Notes under the pieces: model-generated
Database searches by the model: none
What the model saw: the letters and a program-made list of their open reading frames with translations, nothing else
What the model was told of the DNA's origin: nothing
Source: an uncultured Candidatus Saccharibacteria bacterium
Lineage (GTDB): Bacteria; Patescibacteriota; Minisyncoccia; UBA6257; 1-14-0-10-40-38
Reading direction: 5' to 3'
Length of the DNA: 64,000 nucleotides
NCBI GenBank assembly: GCA_964543265.1
Contig: CAZIWN010000001.1
Location: 104,577-168,576 of the forward strand
Part shown: one piece after another, positions 45,677-56,283 of the stretch
Numbering within the stretch: the stretch's first letter is position 1
Layout of the letters: every line of letters begins with the position of its first letter
Translations under genes and position numbers: made by a program

Positions 45677-47479
45677 TTATTCAGTTCTCTTTCTTAGCGC
45701 ATTCTTTAAAATTCTTTTTCTTAATCTTATAGATGTTGGAGTGGCTTCTACCAATTCATCATCTCCAATATACTCCAAGGCCTCTTCAAGGGTTAATTTT
45801 TTAGCTGGCACCAAATCATCAGTTACAGCATCTGTTTTTGCTCTAAAGTTAGTCAACTGTTTAGCTTTACAAACATTTACCACCAAATCTTCTGATTTTG
45901 CATTTTGTCCTACAACTTGTCCTTCATAAACATCTTCTGCTGGAGCCACAAACATAACTCCTCTTTCTTGAGAGCTTAATAGAGCATAGGCGGTAGATTT
46001 TCCGGCCTCATGTGCAACCAAGGATCCATGTGGGCTAGTTTCTAATCCCTGTATTTTTGGGAAATATCCAGCGCTTAAACTATTTATAATTCCCATACCT
46101 TTAGTTTCTATAAGTAATTGATTTCTAAATCCAATAAGGCCCCTGGTAGGAATAAAGAAGTGAAACGCCACAGTTCCATTATCAACTGCCATATTTTTCA
46201 TTTCTCCCTTACGTTCACTTATCTTTTGAATAACCATTCCCGAATATTTTTCTGGTGCTTCAATCCAAACATCTTCGAATGGCTCCATGGTTACTCCGTT
46301 TTCTTCATTGAAAATAACTTCTGGTCTCGAAACTTGAAGTTCGTATCCTTCGCGTCTCATTTTTTCAATTAAAATTGAAAGGTGAAGTTCTCCTCTTCCG
46401 CTTACAATAAATTCGTCTGCAGATTTACCCTGCACAACCTGTAGCGCAACATCGCTATCTAATTCTTTCTCTAATCTTTCTTTTAGGTTTCTTGAAGTGC
46501 AATATTCTCCCTCTCTGCCAGCAAAAGGGGACGTATTTACTCCAAAAATCATTTTAACCGTAGGTTTTTCTATAACGATTGGCTTCATTCCTTTTGGATT
46601 TTCAGCTTCAGAAATAGTGTCTCCAATCATAATATTATCCACTCCAGCCACAGCTCCGATATCTCCAGCCACAAGCTCTGGAACTTCAACTTTTCCAAGT
46701 CCCGAAAAGACCATTAAGTTTGTAAGCTTAACTTTAGAAATTTCTCCATTTCTATGAACTACAGAAATCATCTGCCCAGATTTCATCTTTCCAGCAGTCA
46801 CTCTTCCAATTCCAATTTTTCCCTTAAAGTTGTCATAAGCTAAGGAAACAACCATCATTTGTAGTGTTTCATTTATTTCTGCTTTAGGTGTTGGGATGTG
46901 TTTAATAATCTCTTCAATTAATGGTTTAACTCCAGTCATATTCTCAAGTTCTGGGGCCATTCCAGTCTTTCCCAATCTTCCAGAAGCATAAACGATAGGG
47001 AAATTAAGCTGATCGTTATTTGCTCCTAATTCTATAAATAATTCTATAGTTTTTTCTAAAACATAATTAATTCTTGCATTGGGTTTATCAATTTTATTTA
47101 TAACTACAATAATCTTATGTCCCATCGCCAATGCTTTCTTTAAAACGAATCTTGTTTGAGGCATTGGGCCTTCTTGAGCATCGATAAGTAAAAGCGAACC
47201 ATCAGCCATATTTAAAACGCGCTCAACTTCTCCTCCGAAGTCTGCGTGTCCAGGGGTGTCTATGATATTAATTTTATATTCACCATAACGAACAGAAGCA
47301 TTTTTAGAGAATATAGTAATTCCTCTTTCTCTTTCAATTTCGTTAAAGTCCATTATCATCGATCCACCCTCTCCAAGCCTTCCAAGATCAGTTTCGGATT
47401 GTCTCAAAAGCGCATCAACTAAAGTTGATTTTCCGTGGTCGACGTGAGCAATAATTGCGATATTTCTTAAGTTATTCAT
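45677..47479 (-). CDS. typA: Translational GTPase BipA/TypA.
   Basis: G1 motif AIIAHVDHGKSTLVD and an EF-G-like domain organisation. Confidence 0.95.
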   Translation of the reverse strand: MNNLRNIAIIAHVDHGKSTLVDALLRQSETDLGRLGEGGSMIMDFNEIERERGITIFSKNASVRYGEYKINIIDTPGHADFGGEVERVLNMADGSLLLIDAQEGPMPQTRFVLKKALAMGHKIIVVINKIDKPNARINYVLEKTIELFIELGANNDQLNFPIVYASGRLGKTGMAPELENMTGVKPLIEEIIKHIPTPKAEINETLQMMVVSLAYDNFKGKIGIGRVTAGKMKSGQMISVVHRNGEISKVKLTNLMVFSGLGKVEVPELVAGDIGAVAGVDNIMIGDTISEAENPKGMKPIVIEKPTVKMIFGVNTSPFAGREGEYCTSRNLKERLEKELDSDVALQVVQGKSADEFIVSGRGELHLSILIEKMRREGYELQVSRPEVIFNEENGVTMEPFEDVWIEAPEKYSGMVIQKISERKGEMKNMAVDNGTVAFHFFIPTRGLIGFRNQLLIETKGMGIINSLSAGYFPKIQGLETSPHGSLVAHEAGKSTAYALLSSQERGVMFVAPAEDVYEGQVVGQNAKSEDLVVNVCKAKQLTNFRAKTDAVTDDLVPAKKLTLEEALEYIGDDELVEATPTSIRLRKRILKNALRKRTE

Positions 47480-47526
47480 ATTGGGTTGAGCGTTTATTCT
47501 ACTATATTTTGATTTAAAGAGTCAAT

Positions 47527-47554
47527 TTGACTAAAGATAATATTTGTCTATAAT
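47527..47554 (+). promoter_or_regulatory. Consensus promoter TTGACT-16-TATAAT.
   Basis: Read from the sequence. Confidence 0.6.
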
Positions 47555-47599
47555 AATAAAACCCTTAATTTTGAGGGGGTAAAAGGGAGGGATTGATAG

Positions 47600-47791
47600 A
47601 TGAGCTCTTCTGGTTCTGCGACGGCTGCACCAATCATCAGGGGACGTTGCTTAGAGCTTCGCTCCAACGCCCTTTCTCGTCGGGCTAGAAACGTGAATCA
47701 TCGCGCATTGAGCGATCACGCTCGCACCTGCGCCAGCTGCAGGGACCACCTTGCATCGCTCGCCGCCAAGCAATCGAGCTCGGCGTCTTGA
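47600..47791 (+). CDS. Small 63-aa ORF with an HxxxCxxC (ZAS-like) motif (HARTCASC); coding status uncertain.
   Basis: SD site AAGGGAGGG lies 9 nt upstream of the ATG. The Arg/Ser/Ala-rich composition could be a random GC-rich translation. A terminator follows. Confidence 0.35.
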   Translation: MSSSGSATAAPIIRGRCLELRSNALSRRARNVNHRALSDHARTCASCRDHLASLAAKQSSSAS

Positions 47792-47796
47792 GCCAA

Positions 47797-47838
47797 ATAC
47801 TCCGATAGGCCACGGGTCTGTCGGAGTATTTTATTTTC
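47797..47838 (+). terminator. Terminator ATACTCCGA...TCGGAGTAT followed by TTTATTTT.
   Basis: Read from the sequence. Confidence 0.75.
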
Positions 47839-48940
47839 CTAAGCTTTCAATAATCGCAATCTCAAGCGGTATAAAAGAAAAAGGAGAATACCTCATTTCA
47901 GAATAAGCTCTAATTAACGATTTTAATAGATTAATTAAAAACTTTTCATCAGCGCTAATGGAAAGATTTTTTAATTTATTCAGTTCGGTAGTCGTAAATT
48001 CTTCCACAAATATTTTTTCAAAATCAGGATTTGCTTTCAGGGCTAAAATTTTTCTCAAAAAATGTATCAATTCTTTAGCTGAATCAACAATACTTATTCC
48101 GTTGTTATAAATCGCATTTACCGCCTCGATAGATTCTTTAGTTTTTTTATTTAATATCAACTCTGCTAAATTAGAAATCTTTTTAAATCCGGCTTTTCCT
48201 AAAATAGATTCAACCTTGTCGGCGGTAATTTTTTCTTCCAAACTTCCCATTTGGTCAAGTATAGATTCGGCGTCTCTAAATCCTCCTTCTGCGGTTTCTG
48301 CAATGAGTTCTAATGCCTCATCTTCTATGTCGATTTTTTCAGTTTTAGAGATGTCTTTTAATTTTTTAAATAATTTCTGAATAGGAATTTTCCTAAAATT
48401 AAATTTTTGGACACGCGACAAGATCGTTCCAGGAACTTTTTCATATTCCGTCGTAGCTAAAATAAATACAGCGTGAGCTGGTGGCTCTTCTAATGTCTTT
48501 AATAGCGCATTAAAAGCTTCTTTAGTTAACTGATGAACTTCGTCTATAATAAAAACCTTATATTTTGAAGATGTGGGGGATAGTTTAATAGATTCTTTTA
48601 AATCTCTAATTTCATCTATGCCCCTATTTGAAGCCGCATCCATTTCCACGACATCTAATGATTTTCCAGAATCGACATCTATACATTTAAGGCATTCATT
48701 GCAAGGCTCTCCTTTGGCGGCAAATTTTTTATCACTTTGGCGCGTTTCGCAATTTAATATTTTAGCCAAAATTCTAGCAACCGTCGTTTTTCCTGTTCCT
48801 CGACTGCCATAAAAAAGATAGGCATGCGAAATTCTGTCTTGAATTGCCGCGTTTTTTAATGTTTCAGTAATATGGTCTTCACCTAAAACATCTTCTAATT
48901 TTTTAGGTCTATATTTTCTATATAAAGCTCCTCCTTTCAC
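47831..48940 (-). CDS. dnaX: DNA polymerase III gamma/tau subunit (short form).
   Basis: Motifs GSRGTGKTT and a zinc module C..C..C. Confidence 0.9.
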   Translation of the reverse strand: MKGGALYRKYRPKKLEDVLGEDHITETLKNAAIQDRISHAYLFYGSRGTGKTTVARILAKILNCETRQSDKKFAAKGEPCNECLKCIDVDSGKSLDVVEMDAASNRGIDEIRDLKESIKLSPTSSKYKVFIIDEVHQLTKEAFNALLKTLEEPPAHAVFILATTEYEKVPGTILSRVQKFNFRKIPIQKLFKKLKDISKTEKIDIEDEALELIAETAEGGFRDAESILDQMGSLEEKITADKVESILGKAGFKKISNLAELILNKKTKESIEAVNAIYNNGISIVDSAKELIHFLRKILALKANPDFEKIFVEEFTTTELNKLKNLSISADEKFLINLLKSLIRAYSEMRYSPFSFIPLEIAIIESLGK

Positions 48941-49096
48941 GGTTTTATTCTTTTATTTTTGAATCTCTTATTCAAAAATGATTATAACAGAATAAAATTG
49001 CTTCGCGAAATTTTTGGACAAAAAATGAGCGAGTTAGATGCCTTAGCGTTAATTTAGAAAATATTCTTAATCTGTTAAACTTAATATATTACTCCA

Positions 49097-50344
49097 ATGG
49101 CAAAAAGCTTATTTTTAAGCACGATAGCCGCCTCGGCACTTTTCGCTGTGTCTTATTTTTATATTAATAATGAAAAAAATATTATAACTATAAATAACGA
49201 ACCAATTGTTGCCCAAAAAGAAGACGCAATGGTTTCAAAAGCTGTTAACGATAAAATAACTAACGAAGTTATTGAGACTGATAAGCCATTACAAGAGGTT
49301 GATCAATCTTTAATACTGCCAATTGAAAATAAAACAGATAAAATTGAAACACCAGAAGAAGTTCGTGGTCTTTATTTTACTTCGCTATTTTTTAATCAAA
49401 AATATTTTTTAGATTTTGCTCGTAAAATGAAAAATTCTAATAAAATAAATACCTTAGTTATTGACCTTAAAGATTCGGATGGATTTGTTTCATATGATTC
49501 AAAAGTAAAAGAAGTGTCAGACTACGGAACAGGAAAACCATTTATTAGAAATATTAAAAATAAATTAGAAGATCTTCACAAGGAGGGATTCTATTTAATC
49601 GCAAGAATTAATATTTTTAATGATCAGGCCCTAGCTAAATCACGGCCTGGTTTTGCTTTAAAATCGATTACTGGAGATTCTTGGAAGACAGATAAAGGTA
49701 CTTTTTGGCTTAATCCATCTAATGTAAACGTTTGGCTTTATAATGCTAATCTAGGAATAGAGGCTTATAATCTTGGTTTTGACGAAATTAATTTTGATTA
49801 TATTAGATTTCCCTCAGAGGGAGATATGAATGCTCTGGATTTGGGTGAAATAACAAGTTATTCATCAACTATAAGAAATTTCTCCTCATTTTTAAGAGAC
49901 ACTTTTAAAAATGTTAAAATATCTGCTGATATTTTTGCCTATTCCTTAATAGAGAAAAATAATTTAGGCATAGGTCAAAGATATGAAGATTTTTTTGGAT
50001 ATTTTGATTATATTTGCCCGATGATGTATCCATCTCATTACAATAAAAATTTTTTAGGTTTTGAAAATTCAGCTCTTCATCCCTATGAAGTGGTAAGATA
50101 TTCTTTAATTATAGGTAAAAATAGGGCCTTGGATTTTTTCGCCAATAATCCAGATAAAAATCAATCATTCAAAATGAGGCCTTGGTTCCAGGCCTTTAGT
50201 CTTTCTGACCATTATGATTCAAATATGATCAATGCTCAGATATCTGCATTAAACGACGAGGTTTTGATTAATAAAAATTTTTGGAACGGTTATTTAATGT
50301 GGGACGCTTCCAATATTTATAATGATTTTTCCATAGCTAAATAA
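49097..50344 (+). CDS. Secreted hypothetical protein, possibly glycoside-hydrolase-like (TIM barrel).
   Basis: N-terminal TM or signal sequence and the motif EINFDYIRFP; weak call. Confidence 0.35.
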   Translation: MAKSLFLSTIAASALFAVSYFYINNEKNIITINNEPIVAQKEDAMVSKAVNDKITNEVIETDKPLQEVDQSLILPIENKTDKIETPEEVRGLYFTSLFFNQKYFLDFARKMKNSNKINTLVIDLKDSDGFVSYDSKVKEVSDYGTGKPFIRNIKNKLEDLHKEGFYLIARINIFNDQALAKSRPGFALKSITGDSWKTDKGTFWLNPSNVNVWLYNANLGIEAYNLGFDEINFDYIRFPSEGDMNALDLGEITSYSSTIRNFSSFLRDTFKNVKISADIFAYSLIEKNNLGIGQRYEDFFGYFDYICPMMYPSHYNKNFLGFENSALHPYEVVRYSLIIGKNRALDFFANNPDKNQSFKMRPWFQAFSLSDHYDSNMINAQISALNDEVLINKNFWNGYLMWDASNIYNDFSIAK

Positions 50345-50345
50345 T

Positions 50346-51134
50346 ATGAACGAATATCTTGTAAAAGTTAAAGACTTCGAGGGCCCCCTCTATAAACTTC
50401 TCGAATTAATAGAAGAAAAACACTTAGAGATAACAGAGATGAGTTTAGGTGCTGTTACTTCTGATTTTCTGGATTTTTTAAGAAAATCTGAAACAAATAT
50501 GCCAAGCGATATTATTTCAGATTTTTTAGTAGTAGCCTCAAGACTTATCTTAATTAAATCAAAAGAACTTATTCCTGGGGTTGAGCTTAAAAGCTCTGAA
50601 GATTCGGAAATTAAAGATTTAGAAAATCGTCTTAAAATATATAGAGAATTTTTACTTAGGGCTAAGGTTGGCGAAGATAAGCGTCCAGGGGCAGCTTATG
50701 TTATTAGAGGGATTCTTTCTAGTGGATTTTATTTTACGTCTAGAGGTTATTTAAGAGGTGTTTGGAAAAATCCAATTTTTATATTTCCTAAAAACGTTTC
50801 ATTAAAATCTATAAAAGAATATGCAGAAAAAGCTTTTATTTTAGAAAATTTCAAAATAAAAGATCCTGAAGGAGCTGTTAAGAAGTTAGTTGTCAGGCTA
50901 GAAGAAAAAATTATTGAACTTTTAGATCGTTTAGGTAAAGAAGGTAAAAATAGTTTTAATTTATTAGCTAAAACAAAACCTAAAATGGAAATTATAGTTT
51001 TGTTTTTAGCAGTTTTGCATTTAGCTAGAGATAGAAAATTAAAATTTGAGCAGAAAGAAAAATTTGGTGATATAATTTTAGAAAAGGAAAAGGAATTGGA
51101 AGCAGAAAATATTTCAAGCCCAAATGGAAACTGA
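50346..51134 (+). CDS. scpA: Segregation and condensation protein A.
   Basis: N-terminal F.GPL..LL.LIE....I.......VT.DFL. Confidence 0.8.
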   Translation: MNEYLVKVKDFEGPLYKLLELIEEKHLEITEMSLGAVTSDFLDFLRKSETNMPSDIISDFLVVASRLILIKSKELIPGVELKSSEDSEIKDLENRLKIYREFLLRAKVGEDKRPGAAYVIRGILSSGFYFTSRGYLRGVWKNPIFIFPKNVSLKSIKEYAEKAFILENFKIKDPEGAVKKLVVRLEEKIIELLDRLGKEGKNSFNLLAKTKPKMEIIVLFLAVLHLARDRKLKFEQKEKFGDIILEKEKELEAENISSPNGN

Positions 51135-51720
51135 AAATCAAAAAGAAATTAGCCTAAAAGGCAGAATAGAGGGGGTGCTTTTTGCTTATGGAGAAGCAAT
51201 ATCTAAAGACAAATTAATGCCTTTGCTTTTTGGTGATAAAAATAACCTTCCAGAATCGGATTTAGCCTTCAATTCAGCTATTGCGGATTTGAAATTAAAA
51301 TACGAATCAGACCTAAGCTGTGGTCTTTGTTTATTAGAGTCTAATAATAAGTTTGAATTGGTGGCTAGATCAGAATTAGGACCAATTATTTCCAGTTTAA
51401 TTAAGAGCGAAATGGAGGGTGATTTATCAGAAAGTGCATTAGAGGTTTTATCTATAATTATTTACGGAGGCCCCATAGAAAAACATTTAATAGACTATAT
51501 CAGAGGTGTAAATTCAACTTTAGCCATTAAAAATCTAGAGATGAGGGGATTGATTGAAAAAAAATCTTCAGAAAATAAAAATGTATTTAAATATTTAGCG
51601 TCTACTGATCTAATTTTAAAATTAGGAGTCGCTAATTTAGAAGAAGTTCCAGAATATCAGCGCTTTAAAGGCTTGGTCGAGTCAGCTAGGGCTAATTTTT
51701 CATCTCAGAATGTTAAATAG
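51124..51720 (+). CDS. scpB: Segregation and condensation protein B.
   Basis: Motif IEG.LFAYGE.IS and tandem wHTH; overlaps scpA. Confidence 0.8.
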   Translation: METENQKEISLKGRIEGVLFAYGEAISKDKLMPLLFGDKNNLPESDLAFNSAIADLKLKYESDLSCGLCLLESNNKFELVARSELGPIISSLIKSEMEGDLSESALEVLSIIIYGGPIEKHLIDYIRGVNSTLAIKNLEMRGLIEKKSSENKNVFKYLASTDLILKLGVANLEEVPEYQRFKGLVESARANFSSQNVK

Positions 51721-52762
51721 TAAAAAAAAGGTATTTTTTTTATCTTTAATAATATTATATTTTGCATTCACTGCTCATTTTTTAATTTTTAAAAAATTTG
51801 AAAATCGCAATAATAATCTATTAAAAGCCAATCTTGTTGATTTGGGGATAGTAGCTTCGGATGATGATATCGATAATAGTTCCGAATCAAATTTATTTAA
51901 GCCATTAAAAATACAATCCTTTGAGAGCTATAAAAAAGCTCCAATATTTTTTAAACCAGAAATCAAAAAAGAAGTAACAAAAAAAGAAGTTAGTAAAACC
52001 ACCTCAATAAAGGAAGATAAAGATAATCCCATTCTCTCTGCCCATTCTATTTTATTAAGAGACATTTCTTCTAATAATGTTTTAATGAAAAAAAATGAAT
52101 CCGTTGAGTGGCCAATGGCTTCCCTGACAAAATTAATGACAGCAACCATTGCTATAGAAAATATGGATTTGTCTTCAAAAATTACAATTTCAGAAAAATC
52201 TGCAAATCAATCCAGTAATTCTCTTTTTAAGGCTGGTGAATCTTATTCTGCTCTAGATATGATTAAAGCGTCACTAATTCTATCCAATAATGCTTCAGCT
52301 ATGGCGCTCTCCGAATCTTTTGGATATCAGAGGTTTATGGGGCTTATGCAGTCTAAGGCAGATTTTTTAGGAATGAAAAAAACAAAATTTTATGAGCCAA
52401 CAGGTCTTTCTCCTTTAAATAAATCAACAGCTTTAGATTTCGAAATTTTAGCAAAATATATTTATACCAATCATAAAGAAATATTGGATATAACTTCAGA
52501 AAAAATCGCAGAAATTAAAGAATTATCCTCCGGCAACACAAAAACCCTTAACAGCACCAATATATTTGCGGGAGAGGAATATTTTATAGGTGGTAAAACT
52601 GGCTATACGGCTGAAGCTCAGGGTAATCTATTTTCAATATTTAAAGCTGGAAATAAGGTCTTATTAAGTATAGTATTAGGTTCTACCTCTAGATTCGAAG
52701 ACACTCAAAAAATATATATATTAGGCTTAAGAAAACTCCTCGGACTTTCTGTTTCGAAATAA
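51710..52762 (+). CDS. D-alanyl-D-alanine carboxypeptidase (S11, PBP5-like).
   Basis: SxxK motif (MASLTK), plus SNN and KTG motifs. Confidence 0.75.
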   Translation: MLNSKKKVFFLSLIILYFAFTAHFLIFKKFENRNNNLLKANLVDLGIVASDDDIDNSSESNLFKPLKIQSFESYKKAPIFFKPEIKKEVTKKEVSKTTSIKEDKDNPILSAHSILLRDISSNNVLMKKNESVEWPMASLTKLMTATIAIENMDLSSKITISEKSANQSSNSLFKAGESYSALDMIKASLILSNNASAMALSESFGYQRFMGLMQSKADFLGMKKTKFYEPTGLSPLNKSTALDFEILAKYIYTNHKEILDITSEKIAEIKELSSGNTKTLNSTNIFAGEEYFIGGKTGYTAEAQGNLFSIFKAGNKVLLSIVLGSTSRFEDTQKIYILGLRKLLGLSVSK

Positions 52763-52779
52763 CTTTATTTTATTAATTT

Positions 52780-53820
52780 ATGATTACTCTACAAGTTGTT
52801 AAGGTTTTAATAGTTTCAATAATTTCTTTCCTTTTTGCTTTTATTTTTACACCATCAATTTATAAAATTTTAATAAACATCAAGGCCAGAAAAAGAATTC
52901 GCTCAAAAGAAGAGGCTCCAATTATGGCCTCTTTGCACGAAAAAAAAGCTGGAACTCCAACGATGGCCGGTGTTTTAATTTGGGGAACCGTTGCCGCTTT
53001 ATCTCTATTTCTTTTTATTATGGATTTATTTTTTGATGGTTTCTGGGGCTATATGAATTTCATTAGCCGTCCAGAAACATATCTTCCTTTAACGGCTATG
53101 ATCATAGCCGGATTATTAGGTCTTTTAGATGATTTTATAGGTGTTTTTAGAATTAAGAATTCTAGTGGACTAAAGATAAAGCATAAGCTTCTAGCTTATT
53201 TATTTTTAGGAATCATAGGGGCTTCTTGGTTTTATTTCAGATTAGGTTGGGACACTTTGATGATCCCATTTATAGGTAACGTTACGGTTGGATGGCTTTA
53301 TATTCCAATATTTATCTTTGTAATTATAGCCACGACATTCTCGGCTAATGAAACTGATGGTTTAGATGGTTTGTTGGGCGGTACAGTTCTTTTTGGTTAT
53401 ATCGCTTTAACCATAGTTGCTTTCGCTCTTGGAAAATACAATCTAGCAACTTTTGGAGGAGCAATTATTGGATCACTCTTAGCTTTTCTTTGGTTTAATA
53501 TTTATCCAGCGAAATTTATGATGGGCGACACTGGATCTATGGCTTTGGGAATGACCTTGGGGGTTATTGCAATGCTTACTAATACAACCCTACTATTACC
53601 ATTTTTTGCCTTTATCTTTGTTTTAGAATCTGCCTCCGTTATAATTCAAGTTACAAGTAAGAAGCTTAGGGGTAAAAAGATTTTTCTTTCTGCTCCTATA
53701 CATCATCATTTTGAGGCTTTGGGTTGGGGAGAAACAAAGGTTACTATGAGGTTTTGGATTATTTCTGCTATGGCTTCCACTATAGGTTTAATTATTTTCT
53801 TTCTTAATCGTTATCTATAA
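52780..53820 (+). CDS. mraY: Phospho-N-acetylmuramoyl-pentapeptide transferase.
   Basis: Polytopic membrane protein with LLGLLDDFIGV and NETDGLDGL motifs, in a cell-wall gene context. Confidence 0.8.
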   Translation: MITLQVVKVLIVSIISFLFAFIFTPSIYKILINIKARKRIRSKEEAPIMASLHEKKAGTPTMAGVLIWGTVAALSLFLFIMDLFFDGFWGYMNFISRPETYLPLTAMIIAGLLGLLDDFIGVFRIKNSSGLKIKHKLLAYLFLGIIGASWFYFRLGWDTLMIPFIGNVTVGWLYIPIFIFVIIATTFSANETDGLDGLLGGTVLFGYIALTIVAFALGKYNLATFGGAIIGSLLAFLWFNIYPAKFMMGDTGSMALGMTLGVIAMLTNTTLLLPFFAFIFVLESASVIIQVTSKKLRGKKIFLSAPIHHHFEALGWGETKVTMRFWIISAMASTIGLIIFFLNRYL

Positions 53821-53829
53821 ATAAAATAT

Positions 53830-54708
53830 ATGAATTTTTTAAATCAAATTAAGTCTTCAATTTATAATCCTCAGTTTTATAAAGACTTAGAGCATCAACC
53901 AGTGTCTTTTTCTATAAAATATTTCATCAAACTTGTTTTCTGTGCATCGTTTTTATCCTTGTTAATTATTGGAATATTTAATAAGTCATTTTTTTCAAAT
54001 ACAAAAACTTTAATAGAAAAAGGATTTGATACTATTCCAGAAGACTTAGAAATAAATATTAATAATTCTAGTGGAATTATTGAGTCGAACAAAAAAGAGC
54101 CATATTTTTTAAACGAAAACGCCATTATTAATAATAATGGAAATATTAAAAAATTAGATTCTTCCCATCTTTTATTTGTAAATACAAATATTGATTTTTC
54201 TGTTAATGCCCTAAACGAATCAAATTCAGTTGTTTCCGTATTCAGAGATTCAATCGCTTTCTATAACCCCAAAGATCAAAATATAAGAATTTATAAAGCA
54301 ACAGACTTGCCAGATTTAAAAATTTCAAAAAGTGAAGTTCTTAAGTGGAAAAATAAATTCTTTAAATTCTGGCCATTAATTGTTGTGCTTCTTAATTTAA
54401 TTATGTTTTTTGGTTTGATTATTTCCTCATTTAAATATTTGATTTTGGGTGTTGTTTTTGGGCTTATCTTAATGTTTTTATTAAGAATTAAAAATAACAA
54501 AGTTTCTTTCAAATATTCTTTTAAAATAGCTATTCATTTATTTACCATATCTATAATTTTTAGCATCATTGAAGAGTCATTCTTCGTATATGGATTTGGT
54601 TCGAGTTATGGATATTTTTCAATTCTTTCCTTTATCACAATTTTGAATTTAAAGGATTTTGGTAAGCAGGAAAACTTAAATTCTGAAAATCCAGGATCAT
54701 CTGTTTAA
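53830..54708 (+). CDS. Hypothetical membrane protein.
   Basis: ORF with TM helices. Confidence 0.4.
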   Translation: MNFLNQIKSSIYNPQFYKDLEHQPVSFSIKYFIKLVFCASFLSLLIIGIFNKSFFSNTKTLIEKGFDTIPEDLEININNSSGIIESNKKEPYFLNENAIINNNGNIKKLDSSHLLFVNTNIDFSVNALNESNSVVSVFRDSIAFYNPKDQNIRIYKATDLPDLKISKSEVLKWKNKFFKFWPLIVVLLNLIMFFGLIISSFKYLILGVVFGLILMFLLRIKNNKVSFKYSFKIAIHLFTISIIFSIIEESFFVYGFGSSYGYFSILSFITILNLKDFGKQENLNSENPGSSV

Positions 54709-54791
54709 TTACTTCTATCGTTATTTGTTTTGACATTAGGGGCCATTTTATTTTTTTGCTATAATAATAAGAATCATCTCTTGATAAAAAG

Positions 54792-56282
54792 ATGCTTCTT
54801 ATTAAAAACGCCAAAATAATAGATGGTACTGGTGGTCTGCCTTTTTTGGGTGACGTTTTAATTGATAAAAATATTATTTTAGACGTCGGCAATTTAGTGA
54901 ATAATAAGACAAAGAATATTTTTAATGCAGAGGGAAATTATTTAATACCAGGAATTATAGATATTAATTCTTCTTCGGATCATTATTTCACTATTTTTTC
55001 AGATCGGGGACAGGAAAGTCTTTTAAGTCAGGGCGTCACAACAATTATAGGTGGTCATTGCGGAGTTTCCCTGGCTCCATCTTTTTACGGAGAATTTTTT
55101 GGTATAGAAAACTGGTCAACGCCACATAGTTATAATATTGCTTGGCATGGAGTTGATGAGTTTTTAGATGTTATAGAAAAAAATGGTCTTAGTTTAAATT
55201 TTGGAACCTTTATTGGCTACAACTCTATAAGAGGAAGTGTTTTAGGCGATCACAAGAGAGATGCAACTATTAATGAATTAAAAGTCATTAAGAAAATAAT
55301 TAATCTAGGTCTAAAGGAGGGGGCGCTCGGCCTGTCTTTTGGTTTGGGTTTTATTGATGGTAGATCTATAAACTTTAAAGAGATAATTGAAGCCTTAAAA
55401 CCAGTAAAAAGATTTGATCGTCCTTTTTCTATTCATCTTAAGGACTATAAAAATAATTTAGAAAATTCTATTAGCGAAGTTGTTAGTATTTCTAAAAAAT
55501 CTGGCACAACAGCGATTATTAACCATTTAAAACCTGTATTGGGTTTCGAGAAGTCTTTTGGAAATGCTTTATCTGCTATTTCTTCAGATTTAAATAATCA
55601 AATATATTTCGACTCATATGCATCTCATTGGTCCCTAGCTCCAATTCAATTTATGCTTCCCGATTGGATTAAATTTGGTAAAAAGGAGGATATTTTAAAA
55701 AGCATAAAGGATAAGCATTTAAAAAGTAAAATCATTTCTGAAATAGAAGATTTTAATCCCAACAATATCAAAATAGCTCATTCAAAAATTTTATCCCATT
55801 TAGACGGAATATCTTTAAAGGATTATTCAGCCAATCGCTCTATTTCTGGCAAAGAAGCTATATTGGAGTTATTAGAAAAATCAAAATTCGAAATGGTTCT
55901 TCTGGTAAAAAATATCAATTATGATTATTCACTAATGACACTTTGCCAAAAAAATGCAATTTTATCTTCAAATTCTCCAGGATTTAATTTAAATAAATCT
56001 GGTCTTAGTCACGAAAGAAATTTAGATATTTTTTCCATATTTTTTAAATTTGCGGAGCACTCAAAAGCAATATCAATAGAGAGAGCTATTCAGAAAGCCA
56101 CTAGTTTACCAGCTTCAATATTGGGTATTAAAAATAGGGGAATTATAGGAAAAAATTTTATAGCCGACATAGCTATTTTAGATAAGGATTGGAAAGCAAG
56201 AGAAGTTTTTATTTCTGGTGATAAGGTTTTTTCAAATGGAAAATCTTTAAATAAATTAAATGGCAGAATTTTAAAGAAATAA
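54792..56282 (+). CDS. Amidohydrolase-family protein (D-aminoacylase-like).
   Basis: N-terminal LIKNAKIIDGTG...GDVLI....I and a metal-dependent hydrolase fold. Confidence 0.5.
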   Translation: MLLIKNAKIIDGTGGLPFLGDVLIDKNIILDVGNLVNNKTKNIFNAEGNYLIPGIIDINSSSDHYFTIFSDRGQESLLSQGVTTIIGGHCGVSLAPSFYGEFFGIENWSTPHSYNIAWHGVDEFLDVIEKNGLSLNFGTFIGYNSIRGSVLGDHKRDATINELKVIKKIINLGLKEGALGLSFGLGFIDGRSINFKEIIEALKPVKRFDRPFSIHLKDYKNNLENSISEVVSISKKSGTTAIINHLKPVLGFEKSFGNALSAISSDLNNQIYFDSYASHWSLAPIQFMLPDWIKFGKKEDILKSIKDKHLKSKIISEIEDFNPNNIKIAHSKILSHLDGISLKDYSANRSISGKEAILELLEKSKFEMVLLVKNINYDYSLMTLCQKNAILSSNSPGFNLNKSGLSHERNLDIFSIFFKFAEHSKAISIERAIQKATSLPASILGIKNRGIIGKNFIADIAILDKDWKAREVFISGDKVFSNGKSLNKLNGRILKK

Positions 56283-56283
56283 T

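Noticed and set aside
45411-45697. ORFs 45434-45697(+) and 45411-45593(-) in islet 10.
   Set aside because: They run through two terminators and the long-range helix and have low-complexity composition. The region is better explained as structured RNA.
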